This document shows, piece after piece, positions 1 to 8,950 of a stretch of 39,954 bases of DNA. Made by a program: the position numbers and the translations under genes. How positions within the stretch are numbered: the stretch's first letter is position 1; every line of letters starts with the position of its first letter. Source of the stretch: a virus (lineage: Duplodnaviria > Heunggongvirae > Uroviricota > Caudoviricetes); IMG/VR virus record IMGVR_UViG_2534681675_000013, positions 1-39,954 of that record; one strand, given 5' to 3'. The notes below the pieces were generated by a model, which had not been told where the DNA came from, did not search any database, and saw only the letters and a program-made list of their open reading frames with translations.

Positions 1-1074
1 TCATTTGTCGATTTCAATTTTGTCCCATTCCCGTCCACGGCTGTCCCTATACCGCGCCGCCATTGAATCTGATTTATGCCCGAGAAGACGTTGAGCAAAC
101 TTATCGCCAATCTGGTTCCGGTATAGCCTCGCCGACAGGCTACGCAGTTCATGGAATGTTGGCGGGTCTCCATCAAATGAGAGTCCTGATGCATTTCTCG
201 CCTTTGTAAAATACTTCGATACTGTTTTCGGGGAAAGCGGATCGTGATGCTTTGATGCGATTATTGTTTCACTGCTGCTGGCCTCCCTGCATTTCTGTAG
301 TGTATCAGCCAATGAGATATTGAGCGCGTCAATCGTTAGCGTTAGCGGAATGGCGAGTTTAGCCCCTGTTTTACTCTGTTCAATGTGAAGATGGTTGTCG
401 TTTATGTCTGACCATTTCATTCTGCACAAATCGCCGACTCTCTGCCCTGTAACGACGGCCAAATCCATCGCCAGCCTTAGCCAGATAGGGAGAGGTTCGG
501 CTGCATGGTAAATCTCGACATACTCATTAGCTGTCAGCCTTGAGCGCCTTACTTCTGACTTTGCTGTACGGGTTGCTGTTACCGGATTCGTTGCCACATG
601 CCCCTCGGCTATTGCTTCACGAAAAACGTCAACAAGGGTTGATCTGATTAATTTTGCGGAGGCCGCTTTACCTTCTGCTACGTAGGTGTTTAGCATTGTT
701 GCCACCTCTTTCGTTGATATGTCAGCGAGCGGTTTGTCCGGCAATTTTCTTCGGATTGCCCTGATTTTGCTGGCGTAGTCGAGTAGAGTTTTCGGCCTGA
801 TACCCCTCTCGCTGAGGATTGTTTCATATCGGTCAAGCCACACATGAAGAGTGATTACGTCAGCGCCTTTAATTCTGTCTATCAGTGACTCACGCCTGTT
901 CTCGGATAGCAACTCAATATTGGCCTGAATAGCCTCTGAAACTGCTATCCTTCTGTCTCTGCCTAATCCGAACTCTTTACCCGTCCTTGGGTCCCTGTAG
1001 CAGTAATATCCATTGTTTCTTATATAAAGGTTAGGGGGTAAATCCCGGCGCTCATGACTTCGCCTTCTTCCCAT
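1..1074 (-). CDS. int: Tyrosine integrase, lambda Int family
   Basis: 357-aa ORF; N-terminus MGRRRSHERRDLPPNLYIRNNGYYCYRDPRTGKEFGLGRDRR matches lambda Int as I recall it; C-terminal HELRSLSARLY catalytic region; 3' end overlaps xis as in lambda. Stop codon at window positions 1-3, so attL lies off-window to the left. Confidence 0.95.
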   Translation of the reverse strand: MGRRRSHERRDLPPNLYIRNNGYYCYRDPRTGKEFGLGRDRRIAVSEAIQANIELLSENRRESLIDRIKGADVITLHVWLDRYETILSERGIRPKTLLDYASKIRAIRRKLPDKPLADISTKEVATMLNTYVAEGKAASAKLIRSTLVDVFREAIAEGHVATNPVTATRTAKSEVRRSRLTANEYVEIYHAAEPLPIWLRLAMDLAVVTGQRVGDLCRMKWSDINDNHLHIEQSKTGAKLAIPLTLTIDALNISLADTLQKCREASSSETIIASKHHDPLSPKTVSKYFTKARNASGLSFDGDPPTFHELRSLSARLYRNQIGDKFAQRLLGHKSDSMAARYRDSRGREWDKIEIDK

Positions 1075-1270
1075 TTCTGATCCTCTTCAAAAGGCTACCT
1101 GTTACTGGTCGATTTAAGTCAACCTTTACCGCTGATTCGTGGAACAGATACTCTCTTCCATCCTTAACCGGAGGAGGGAATATCCTGCATTCGCGCACCC
1201 ATCGACGAACTGTTTCAAGACTTCTTGGACGTCGCTGGCGTGCGTTCCACTCCTGAAGTGTTAAGTACAT
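1052..1270 (-). CDS. xis: Excisionase
   Basis: Internal start giving 72 aa MYLTLQEWNARQRRPRSLETVRRWVRECRIFPP..., matching lambda Xis as recalled; overlaps int start region. Confidence 0.9.
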   Translation of the reverse strand: MYLTLQEWNARQRRPRSLETVRRWVRECRIFPPPVKDGREYLFHESAVKVDLNRPVTGSLLKRIRNGKKAKS

Positions 1271-1374
1271 CGCAAAGTCTCCGCAATTACACGCAAGAAA
1301 AAGCCGCATTGATGCGGCGATGGTAGGTCTGGATATCATTGAGCAATGAACAGGCCGGCGGTGTTATTTCATGG

Positions 1375-1719
1375 TTAGTCCTTGCGTAGCTCGCTGATTC
1401 TTCTGTAAGTCTCTGGTGCTTTGTTTCCGTGTATCTTCATTTCAGACTTCAACAGAGCAACGAGGGAATCCCATTCGTTGAGGATTCCTTTGAATGCCGG
1501 AACGCGCTTTGCAACCTTGTTGAATGAATCTCTGATTTCTGGAATCTGCTCAACAAGTGCAACGCATCGTCTGAAATCGGCTGCGTCATGGGGAGCGCCG
1601 AAGTGATGACCATAGATATTCTTTTTCAGTCCACATGCGATTGAGGCAAGAGTTGCGCTACTGATGCCAACATCGCCAGTCGATTGCCATTTCAAAACCT
1701 TCATAGCCAAATCTGACAT
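1375..1719 (-). CDS. Hypothetical early-left protein (114 aa), contains YGHHFGAPHD motif
   Basis: ATG start with GGAGA Shine-Dalgarno upstream; first gene downstream of xis on the leftward operon; no family recognised. Confidence 0.5.
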   Translation of the reverse strand: MSDLAMKVLKWQSTGDVGISSATLASIACGLKKNIYGHHFGAPHDAADFRRCVALVEQIPEIRDSFNKVAKRVPAFKGILNEWDSLVALLKSEMKIHGNKAPETYRRISELRKD

Positions 1720-1791
1720 TTCTTGTCTCCATAAAACAAAACCCGCCGTAGCGAGTTCAGATAAAAGAAATCCCCGCGAGTTCGAGGATTG

Positions 1792-2076
1792 TTATTCATT
1801 GCCGATATTCACCTTTATCGCGAACACCTTTACCGGTTTATCGCCGAAGTGCGGATGTGTGATTGTCTTGATTTCATATCCGTCATACGGAACATCAATT
1901 CTACGGCTGGAATCGTCGCGCTTCGGATATCCCTTTGTGATAATCAGGCGGTCATACTCCCTGAACATAATTCGCTTATTCCAGTAGTCATTACACAGGC
2001 GATACTCTTCCGTTTTCTCCCCGCGAATCATGGCATCGAAGTATTCACCTTTAACGGCAAGTTGCAGGTTAGCCAT
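1792..2076 (-). CDS. Hypothetical protein, possibly ASCH/PUA-like
   Basis: Start MANLQLAVKGEYFDAMIRGEKTEEYR placed at the internal ATG that overlaps the upstream stop (TAATG); pattern resembles ASCH domain N-termini. Family call is tentative. Confidence 0.45.
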   Translation of the reverse strand: MANLQLAVKGEYFDAMIRGEKTEEYRLCNDYWNKRIMFREYDRLIITKGYPKRDDSSRRIDVPYDGYEIKTITHPHFGDKPVKVFAIKVNIGNE

Positions 2077-2336
2077 TACCTCACCTCCAGTCTCCATACC
2101 GCCTGACCAATCCGGCTGGCATGGGTATCTTTGGATACTGTTCCGTCTTTAGCCAGCTCCATAAGAATTTTGCGCAAATCTGCCGAACGCCATTCTTCAT
2201 CAGGAAATTCCTTCTCCATTGCCAACCGCAGATTCCAGGTTGCCATCCTGAATGGATATTCCCCGCCGAGAGCTTTATCTTGCAGGGCAGCCCGGGAACG
2301 CATCACCTGCAAAACCTTCTCTTTTACATCCATCAT
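2076..2336 (-). CDS. Hypothetical protein (about 86 aa)
   Basis: Start chosen at MMDVKEKVLQ, where ATG overlaps the stop of the upstream gene (ATGA coupling); the longer ORF-track start would overlap the upstream gene by about 150 nt. Confidence 0.4.
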   Translation of the reverse strand: MMDVKEKVLQVMRSRAALQDKALGGEYPFRMATWNLRLAMEKEFPDEEWRSADLRKILMELAKDGTVSKDTHASRIGQAVWRLEVR

Positions 2337-3163
2337 TTCGCCTCCTGCGGCGGTTCTGGTAGCGGCATCCAGAACAAGGCGTTCCCTAACCACGATAAAG
2401 TGCCGTCGCTCAACTCCACGTATTCCCCTTGTACCTGTCCTGCCATATACTCGCCGTGCTTTGAATAAATTAAAATCCAATCATCTTGAGGGGGCATTCG
2501 CTCACTACAGCTTATCCAACCATCCGGAGTTACCGGAGAGCTGGTTGACGTTTCCGAGATTTCCCGAAAATTGTTGGTTGACGAATTCGTATTTCCCCGA
2601 AATTTTCCGCCATGAAGCACGGCGGCGTTATATCCATCCGCGAAAATCTCTGCTTCTTCGTTATTCAGTTCGGCACCAAGTTTAAGCGCAATAGCTTTTG
2701 CCATTGAGGCGGTAATTTGATGGCATGGCTGACGTCCGTGAAGCATGGCGTCGCTCCGCTCTATGCCATCCAGCGCAATTCGAAGCGCATGAATTGTAGT
2801 GATGCAATCGTTTGGGGTTATTCCGTATCGTTCGAATACAGCGATATGGTTGCGCATAATCGCGGGTGTAAGCTCTTTGTAAGCAAGAGCAAGAGGTCCA
2901 GATACATCGTTCAGCACTACCGTCATCGGTGAGGCGGCGTAGACTTCAATAATCCCAGTATCAATAGGCCATTCCCCATCCTTGATATAGTAACTTGTTC
3001 CGTCAACTTGCTGTTCTACAATGTGGAAAGTACCTATTGGCTCTGCTTCCAGCGATGCCAGTGCAATTTCATAAGCCCGGCGTTCAATATTGTCTCGAAC
3101 GTCCAGGCTGCTGATACGCTCTTTGATTTCTTTAATCAGTTCTTTGTCGGTGAAAGTGGTCAT
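2333..3163 (-). CDS. Hypothetical protein with DUF551-like C-terminus (276 aa)
   Basis: Start MTTFTDKELIKEIK preceded by AAGGAG; C-terminus ends ...LSWLGNALFWMPLPEPP, a pattern I associate with DUF551 proteins of lambdoid ea regions. Confidence 0.5.
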   Translation of the reverse strand: MTTFTDKELIKEIKERISSLDVRDNIERRAYEIALASLEAEPIGTFHIVEQQVDGTSYYIKDGEWPIDTGIIEVYAASPMTVVLNDVSGPLALAYKELTPAIMRNHIAVFERYGITPNDCITTIHALRIALDGIERSDAMLHGRQPCHQITASMAKAIALKLGAELNNEEAEIFADGYNAAVLHGGKFRGNTNSSTNNFREISETSTSSPVTPDGWISCSERMPPQDDWILIYSKHGEYMAGQVQGEYVELSDGTLSWLGNALFWMPLPEPPQEAK

Positions 3164-3164
3164 A

Positions 3165-3719
3165 TCACTCTCCTTTAATGCGAATGCCAGCGGCGCGGAT
3201 AGATTTCCATTGTTTCCACATTCGGTTGAAGTCTGTGCCTGATAAGGTTGCGTTACGGTATCCAGTTTCAGTACGCAATCCTTCAAGCGTCGATTTGGAG
3301 ATACAAATTGAATGCATTACCCATGATTCAAACAAATCACGCTCCCGGGCTTCGCAACTTTGCTTACTCATCTCTTCGATACGTTCAGCCATCGCAGCAC
3401 ACTCTTCAAAGTTGCTTAATGCTTTTCGCTCCCATTCGGCGCATTGTTTTCCAAGCTCTGCAATCAGCTTGTCTTTGCCTTCCAGCTCAACACGCAGCTT
3501 CCCTACCGTTAGCGCAATATCCTCATTCTCCTGGTCGCGGCGTTTGATGTATTGCTGGTTTCTTTCCCGTTCATCCAGAAGCGCCAGCACAGTGCGTGGC
3601 GTTATTAAGGACTCAAATTCGGCAACAGCTTGCTCACCTCGCTTGTAATTCTTAATCTCACCTAAATCTTTCGCGTTCTGTGCTGCCTCACGCAGTGCCT
3701 GGTAATTAATTTCGCTCAC
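3165..3719 (-). CDS. Hypothetical coiled-coil protein (Ea22/Ead-like position)
   Basis: Charged, heptad-like sequence ([27 protein letters not shown]); probable GTG start after AAAGGAGG rather than the ORF-track start at 3740. Confidence 0.4.
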   Translation of the reverse strand: MSEINYQALREAAQNAKDLGEIKNYKRGEQAVAEFESLITPRTVLALLDERERNQQYIKRRDQENEDIALTVGKLRVELEGKDKLIAELGKQCAEWERKALSNFEECAAMAERIEEMSKQSCEARERDLFESWVMHSICISKSTLEGLRTETGYRNATLSGTDFNRMWKQWKSIRAAGIRIKGE

Positions 3720-3879
3720 TGGTTGCCTCCTTTGCGCCACATAGCATTCAGATATTTGTTTTGATTCACTGATGGAAAAGAATTTCTCTTAAGCAATTCC
3801 TCTCTCGATGGCATTGGCTTTACGCGTTGGCGAATAATCATTTCTGCCGGAAGAATGCCGGGATTGTATGCAAGTCCTC

Positions 3880-4161
3880 TCATGATTTACTCTCCACGAA
3901 CTGGTCAATAGCCATGCTAAGTGACACACCTAAAGTCTCGATATGCTGCTGAATATCCTGTAGCGTCTGCGCCTGAGATAACAGGATTTCACGGTTGCAT
4001 AATTCTTTAACCAGATGCTCAAACTTGCTGTAATAACCGATACGGCTTAGTGTTTCTTTCCCTGCATTCTCACCTTCTTTGATAATTCCTCTTTCATTAA
4101 GAATCAGGTCGTGTTTTGTTCCAGTAATAACGTATTTGCCGAGGTCGATGTTTAGCTTCAT
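3880..4161 (-). CDS. Hypothetical protein (93 aa)
   Basis: ORF in the same leftward operon; no recognisable motif. Confidence 0.4.
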   Translation of the reverse strand: MKLNIDLGKYVITGTKHDLILNERGIIKEGENAGKETLSRIGYYSKFEHLVKELCNREILLSQAQTLQDIQQHIETLGVSLSMAIDQFVESKS

Positions 4162-4177
4162 TGTTAATTACTCCATG

Positions 4178-4492
4178 TTAATTTATTCGTATGCCTGCTC
4201 TTTCTTCATCGAGTTTTTTTAGCTTGTATCGCATAGCCCTTACTGAATAAATTGAGCGGCAGGTTGCAATTGCTATTTCTTCTGCGGAGAACTTACCGAA
4301 AAGTGATACTTCGGCTCTTGTCCATCGTCTTCCACGAAGTCGGCTAACAATGTCAGCGCCAATCCTTGTTGCTTTCGCCATTACTGCTTTTTCAGTCCTT
4401 TCCAGTTTTTCAGCGATAACTTCAACTGGCATTGTCGCCGCCACTTCGCGCAAGAAATCGACTTCCCATTTCTCCCATGGAGTCTTTTTCAT
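4178..4492 (-). CDS. Hypothetical protein (104 aa)
   Basis: ORF in leftward operon; basic, possibly nucleic-acid binding; no family recognised. Confidence 0.4.
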   Translation of the reverse strand: MKKTPWEKWEVDFLREVAATMPVEVIAEKLERTEKAVMAKATRIGADIVSRLRGRRWTRAEVSLFGKFSAEEIAIATCRSIYSVRAMRYKLKKLDEERAGIRIN

Positions 4493-4503
4493 AGGCGATA
4501 CCG

Positions 4504-4986
4504 TTATTTGATAAGAAGTGAAGGTTTCCCAACTTTGAGTTGAGCGCCGGGGATATTTATTCCTGCTTTTAGCTGGTGTTTGATTGCCAGTTTGTCGGCT
4601 TTAATTGTCGTTTCAAACTCAACGTATTCAGGAGGAAGGGCGCTTGAGTCGATTATTTCTACAATTTCTGACGGTTTGCGAATTGTTACCTGGTGAATAC
4701 CTGCTCGAATCTTTTTCTTGCCAACCATTTCAAGCGATGACGCTATATACGCCATAATGCTGTCAATCTTATTTTGAATTACTGCGGCTCTCTCATTTAG
4801 TGACTTTGCCTCGTCCTTGAGGCGTTCAGCATAACCAGATTCATTTTTAATAATGGCAAGAAGTTGCTCTATTTTATCGGTAAATTCTCCTTCCATTCCT
4901 TCTATTGTGTCAGCAATCATCTCTGGCTCTAAATCTGAATCCATCAGCTTTGCGTATTCATTGACTATTTCATACAGTTTGCTCAC
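4504..4986 (-). CDS. Gp157-family-like protein adjacent to recombinase
   Basis: About 160 aa, acidic/coiled; lies immediately downstream of the RecT-like gene, where Gp157-type proteins usually sit; start taken at GTG after GGAGG. Confidence 0.45.
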   Translation of the reverse strand: MSKLYEIVNEYAKLMDSDLEPEMIADTIEGMEGEFTDKIEQLLAIIKNESGYAERLKDEAKSLNERAAVIQNKIDSIMAYIASSLEMVGKKKIRAGIHQVTIRKPSEIVEIIDSSALPPEYVEFETTIKADKLAIKHQLKAGINIPGAQLKVGKPSLLIK

Positions 4987-5881
4987 TGGCAACCTCCAGT
5001 TTCGCTTTGCATTCTATGTAAATGGCTTGTACGTTCTGCTGCAATTTCATTCCAGATGTCAGGCGATATGCTTCTGCAAAATATCGTTTCAAATCATCCA
5101 TGTTTTCTGCCTGAGCCATTTCATCACAAAGAAGTTGAGCTTTTTCCATAATTTCCTGCTGGCGTTTCCGTTCATCTTCGCGGATATCTTCCTCTGATTT
5201 GTGCGGCATAACTGGTTCAGTCCATACACCTTCTTCTTCGTTTAGTACGTGAATAGCACTATCAAGACGTGATGCCTTAGGCCAATACTTGCTTGCACGC
5301 TTTACGACCGTCTTTCGCGCCATCTCATTCCAGTGATTTACCCATGGTCCTTTATCTCTGAATGCCGCCTTGCTTGTTTTCCTTACAGCCTCAATTTCAG
5401 CCAGACTCATCTCTTCCGTTAGATAATCACCTGCTGGCGTCTTAACTGTGCAGTAAACGCCAACGATATCACCACGATCACCGAAGGCGTTGTATTTATG
5501 GGTTGGTGCTTTATCAAGCCCGTTTGACTCATAGGTATCGTTAGCATGAACAAGTTTTGCCTGACCCCATGAGATAACACCAGACTCCATTGCAATATGG
5601 AGCAATCCCATATAACTGATATCAAGGCACACCATGCCGTCGCGCGGAACCAGATAAGCCAGTTTGCTAGCCGGGTTTAAGGTGATGCCGATCGCCGCAA
5701 CATTGATGATGGCGTTCTGTGCGCTGGTTGGATTTTCCAGTGCTGTTTTAGCCAGGTAATCATTTTTCTGGAAATACTGAATTGCAAACTGGCTTTCCTT
5801 AGCCCATGTCACCGTCTGTTCAGTCAATGCTCCGCAGAATAACTGCTCTTGCTGTTTAACGAATTCAACGATATTGCTCAT
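4970..5881 (-). CDS. RecT-family single-strand annealing protein
   Basis: 303 aa; region AAIGITLNPASKLAYLVPRDG...LDISYMGLLHIAMESGVISW fits the RecT pattern as I recall it; occupies the position of lambda bet/exo. Confidence 0.7.
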   Translation of the reverse strand: MSNIVEFVKQQEQLFCGALTEQTVTWAKESQFAIQYFQKNDYLAKTALENPTSAQNAIINVAAIGITLNPASKLAYLVPRDGMVCLDISYMGLLHIAMESGVISWGQAKLVHANDTYESNGLDKAPTHKYNAFGDRGDIVGVYCTVKTPAGDYLTEEMSLAEIEAVRKTSKAAFRDKGPWVNHWNEMARKTVVKRASKYWPKASRLDSAIHVLNEEEGVWTEPVMPHKSEEDIREDERKRQQEIMEKAQLLCDEMAQAENMDDLKRYFAEAYRLTSGMKLQQNVQAIYIECKAKLEVASEQTV

Positions 5882-6189
5882 GCTGCTTCTCCAAAAATGT
5901 GTCTGCGTTTGAATATTGCGAAGGCATATTCAGCCTTAACTCTTTTGGTTATTGCATCCCAGAACCATTCAGCGGCTTTTTCCTGATAGTCACAGTCATC
6001 ATCTTCCAGCCAGTCGATAGCGTCCTTAGTGTGTTCATCTGGCTTATATGAGCGAAGCATTTCGCTTATTGGGTCACAACGTTTGCAGAGGCGATCAACT
6101 TCACTGTTGATTCGTTCGTAATCTTCATCAGTAAAACTTGCGATGATTTGCGATATTTCACGCTTATCATTCAGAGTCAGAATCATCAT
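5878..6189 (-). CDS. Hypothetical protein (103 aa)
   Basis: ATGA-coupled to the RecT-like start; acidic; unknown function. Confidence 0.4.
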   Translation of the reverse strand: MMILTLNDKREISQIIASFTDEDYERINSEVDRLCKRCDPISEMLRSYKPDEHTKDAIDWLEDDDCDYQEKAAEWFWDAITKRVKAEYAFAIFKRRHIFGEAA

Positions 6190-6270
6190 CTTTCTCCTGT
6201 TCTTTGTGCTGATTGAGCATTTTGTTCATCTGACGAATGAATTCTTCGTCTGACCAGTTATCTGTAAAAC

Positions 6271-6423
6271 TCATTTCCTGCGATACCACGGAAGGTTGAT
6301 AGCTGATTTCATCTCTTTATTTGCTTCAAGCCACATTTTGGAATCACCAATAAATCTGGCTATTACTGCTTTGTTTTGTGCCGCACGAAGCATCTGGTGA
6401 TTGATGGCTATTTCATTGCGCAT
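6271..6423 (-). CDS. Small protein (50 aa) in the position of lambda kil
   Basis: Hand-translated MRNEIAINHQMLRAAQNKAVIARFIGDSKMWLEANKEMKSAINLPWYRRK with GGAGG upstream; below the ORF-track size cutoff; identity to Kil is positional only. Confidence 0.35.
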   Translation of the reverse strand: MRNEIAINHQMLRAAQNKAVIARFIGDSKMWLEANKEMKSAINLPWYRRK

Positions 6424-6542
6424 AACGCCTCCAGTTGTTTCTTTGCTGCTCTGATTAATTGTTTAACTCGGCGTGATAATTCAGATTCGTGCGGGTAGAA
6501 AGCGGACATGACGCCGCTACCCGCGAGCTGAAAGTGCATCAT
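6408..6542 (-). CDS. CIII-like small protein (44 aa)
   Basis: Hand-translated MMHFQLAGSGVMSAFYPHESELSRRVKQLIRAAKKQLEALCAMK with AAGGAG upstream; resembles CIII-type protease inhibitors and sits in the cIII position. Confidence 0.5.
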   Translation of the reverse strand: MMHFQLAGSGVMSAFYPHESELSRRVKQLIRAAKKQLEALCAMK

Positions 6543-6617
6543 GGGTAACTCCTTATATTTGATTGCATAACGAAAACGCCTCGAGTGAAGCGTTATTGGT
6601 ATGCGGTAACGCAGCGC

Positions 6618-6986
6618 TCAGGCGGCTTTGATAGTCATATCATCTGAATCAAATATTCCTGATGTATCGATATCGGTAATTCTTATTCCTTCGCTACCAT
6701 CCATTGGAGGCCATCCTTCCTGACCATTTCCATCATTCCAGTCGAACTCACACACAACACCATATGCATTTAAGTCGCTTGAAATTGCTATAAGCAGAGC
6801 ATGTTGCGCCAGCATGATTAATACAGCATTTAATACAGAGCCGTGTTTATTGAGTCGGTATTCAGAGTCTGACCAGAAATTATTAATTTGGTGAAGTTTT
6901 TCCTCTGTCATTAAGTCATGGTCGATTTCAATTTCTATTGATGCTTTCCAGTCGTAATCAATGATGTATTTTTTGATGTTTGACAT
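6618..6986 (-). CDS. Hypothetical protein (122 aa) in the lambda ea10 position
   Basis: Located between the cIII-like gene and ral, as ea10 is in lambda; assignment by position and size only. Confidence 0.35.
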   Translation of the reverse strand: MSNIKKYIIDYDWKASIEIEIDHDLMTEEKLHQINNFWSDSEYRLNKHGSVLNAVLIMLAQHALLIAISSDLNAYGVVCEFDWNDGNGQEGWPPMDGSEGIRITDIDTSGIFDSDDMTIKAA

Positions 6987-7188
6987 CTATTCATATCCTC
7001 ACAGAAAAAAATCGCCCTCACACTGGAGGGCAAAGAAGATTTCCAATAATCAGAACAAGTCGGCTCCTGTTTAGTTACGAGCGACATTGCTCCGTGTATT
7101 CACTCGTTGGAATGAATACACAGTGCAGTGTTTATTCTGTTATTTATGCCAAAAATAAAGGCCACTATCAGGCAGCTTTGTTGTTCTG

Positions 7189-7368
7189 TTAACCAAGTTC
7201 TCTGGCAATCATTGCCGTCGTTCGTATTGCCCATTTATCGACATATTTCCCATCTTCCATTACAGGAAACATTTCTTCAGGCTTAACCATGCATTCCGAT
7301 TGCAGCTTGCATCCATTGCATCGCTTGAATTGTCCACACCATTGATTTTTATCAATAGTCGTAGTCAT
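7189..7368 (-). CDS. ral: Restriction alleviation protein Ral
   Basis: Hand-translated MTTTIDKNQWCGQFKRCNGCKLQSECMVKPEEMFPVMEDGKYVDKWAIRTTAMIARELG, which matches lambda Ral as I recall it; 59 aa, so absent from the ORF track. Confidence 0.6.
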   Translation of the reverse strand: MTTTIDKNQWCGQFKRCNGCKLQSECMVKPEEMFPVMEDGKYVDKWAIRTTAMIARELG

Positions 7369-7446
7369 ACGGATAGTCTTGGTATTGTTCCATCACATCC
7401 TGAGGATGCTCTTCGAACTCTTCAAATTCTTCTTCCATATATCACC

Positions 7447-7773
7447 TCAAATAAGTTGTTTGCTGCCTAATTTCATTTTCTGGCGACCAACACAAGTCAC
7501 ACCCATTTCACTGCGTGGCTTGCTGTACCATGTGCGCTGATTCTTGCGCTCAATACGCTGCAGGTTGCTTTCAATCTGTTCGTGGTATTCAGCCAGCACC
7601 GTAAGGTCTATCGGATTCAGTGCGCTTTCTACTCGTGATTTCGGTTTGCGATTCAGCGAGAGAATAGGGCGGTTAACTGGTTTTGCGCTTACCCCAACCA
7701 ACAGGGGATTTGCTGCTTTCCATTGAGCCTGTTTCTCTGCGCGACGTTCGCGGCGGCGTGTTTGTGCATCCAT
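7447..7773 (-). CDS. N: Antiterminator N
   Basis: Internal start MDAQTRRRERRAEKQAQWKAANPLLVGVSAKPVNRP..., near-identical to lambda N as recalled (arginine-rich boxB-binding motif). Confidence 0.9.
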   Translation of the reverse strand: MDAQTRRRERRAEKQAQWKAANPLLVGVSAKPVNRPILSLNRKPKSRVESALNPIDLTVLAEYHEQIESNLQRIERKNQRTWYSKPRSEMGVTCVGRQKMKLGSKQLI

Positions 7774-7883
7774 CTGGATTCTCCTGTCAGTTAGCTTTGA
7801 GTAACGCGCCGTGATGCTTATCTCCACGGTTGCTGTCTTGCAGCTGCATTTCGCGCTACTCAAAGCCTTCTGCTTTGAATGCT

Positions 7884-7914
7884 GCCCTTCTTCAGGGCTA
7901 AATTTTTAAGAGCG
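7884..7914 (-). promoter_or_regulatory. nutL (boxB hairpin and boxA)
   Basis: Minus strand carries GCCCTGAAGAAGGGC (boxB) and CGCTCTTA (boxA) between pL and N. Confidence 0.7.
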
Positions 7915-7955
7915 TCACCTTCATGGTGGTCAGTGCGTCCTGCTGATGTGCTTAG

Positions 7956-8016
7956 TATCACCGCCAGTGGTATTTGTGTCAACACCGCCAGAGATAGTTT
8001 ATCACCGCAGATGGTT
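7956..8016 (-). promoter_or_regulatory. oL1-oL2-oL3 operators with pL
   Basis: TATCACCGCCAGTGGTA, CAACACCGCCAGAGATA and TATCACCGCAGATGGTT read directly; these are the canonical lambda oL half-site pairs. Confidence 0.85.
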
Positions 8017-8061
8017 ATCTGTATGTTTTTTATATAGATTTATTTTTTGCAGGGTTGTGTG

Positions 8062-8069
8062 GATTGGGA
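8062..8069. repeat. Left copy of 8-bp target-site duplication GATTGGGA
   Basis: GATTGGGA immediately precedes the IS left end and recurs immediately after the right end. Confidence 0.7.
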
Positions 8070-8154
8070 GTAAGCGTAAACCGACCGCCGTATGTAGCCA
8101 TTAGACAAGAATTGGTAACTTAGACGCCCATCTGACACAGACGGACATCTAAGT

Positions 8155-8574
8155 ATGGAATTACAGGACTGGCGAAAAGAACCTCGTAAAAAGTATTCGA
8201 ATGAATTCAAACTTCGTATGGTTGAACTGGCATCACAACCCGGTGCTTGTGTGGCTCAGATTGCACGAGAAAATGGCGTCAATGATAATGTTATTTTCAA
8301 ATGGCTCAGACTCTGGCAAAACGAAGGGCGTATATCACGGCGTCTTCCGGTGACAACCACTTCTGATGCAGGCCTTGAATTATTACCTGTAGAGATAACC
8401 TCTGATGAGCCGAAAGAACCGATGGCTGCTCTTACTCCGCCCTTATCCACTCAGACTACTGTCAGTGCCAGCTCCTGCAAGGTGGAGTTCCGTCACGGTA
8501 ACATGACGCTGGAAAATCCTTCACCAGAGCTGCTCACTGTATTGATTCGTGAACTGACCGGGAGGGGAAGATGA
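8155..8574 (+). CDS. tnpA: IS66 accessory protein TnpA (orf1)
   Basis: 139 aa, first ORF of the element; ATGA-coupled to the next ORF. Confidence 0.8.
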   Translation: MELQDWRKEPRKKYSNEFKLRMVELASQPGACVAQIARENGVNDNVIFKWLRLWQNEGRISRRLPVTTTSDAGLELLPVEITSDEPKEPMAALTPPLSTQTTVSASSCKVEFRHGNMTLENPSPELLTVLIRELTGRGR

Positions 8575-8920
8575 TCTCACTCCCATCCGGTACCCGTATC
8601 TGGCTCGTTGCCGGGATAACCGATATGCGTAAGTCTTTCAACGGGCTGGGTGAACAGGTACAGCATGTGTTAAATGTTAATCCCTTCTCCGGTCACCTGT
8701 TATCTTCCGTGGCCGACGGGGTGACACCGTTAAAATTCTTTGGGCTGATGCTGATGGTCTGTGCCTGTTCACCAAACGCCTGGAGGAAGGCCAGTTTATC
8801 TGGCCTGCGGTGCGTGACGGTAAGGTATCCATTACCCGCTCGCAACTGGCAATGCTCCTCGATAAGCTGGACTGGCGTCAGCCAAAAACATCCCGCCTTA
8901 ACGCCCTGACAATGTTGTAA
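8571..8920 (+). pseudogene. tnpB: IS66 TnpB (orf2), apparently frameshifted
   Basis: First 40 aa (MISLPSGTRIWLVAGITDMRKSFNGLGEQVQHVLNVNPFSGHL) are in one frame; the conserved C-terminus (...VKILWADADGLCLFTKRLEEGQFIWPAVRDGKVSITRSQLAMLLDKLDWRQPKTSRLNALTML) is in the +1 frame, consistent with a 1-nt deletion near 8700. Confidence 0.55.
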
Positions 8921-8950
8921 AAAACGCCTGGCCGCATTATAAAAACGGCC

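Noticed and set aside
1-60. attL core sequence
   Set aside because: The integrase stop codon is at positions 1-3, so the attachment site lies outside the window; likewise the window ends at the tailspike stop, before attR.
3178-3648. Plus-strand ORFs (156 and 99 aa) in the early-left region
   Set aside because: Antisense to the leftward operon genes; low-complexity Ser/Arg-rich translation; no start context.
6980-7192. 70-aa plus-strand ORF between the ea10-position gene and ral
   Set aside because: Opposes the leftward operon and overlaps the ral 3' end; no Shine-Dalgarno sequence.
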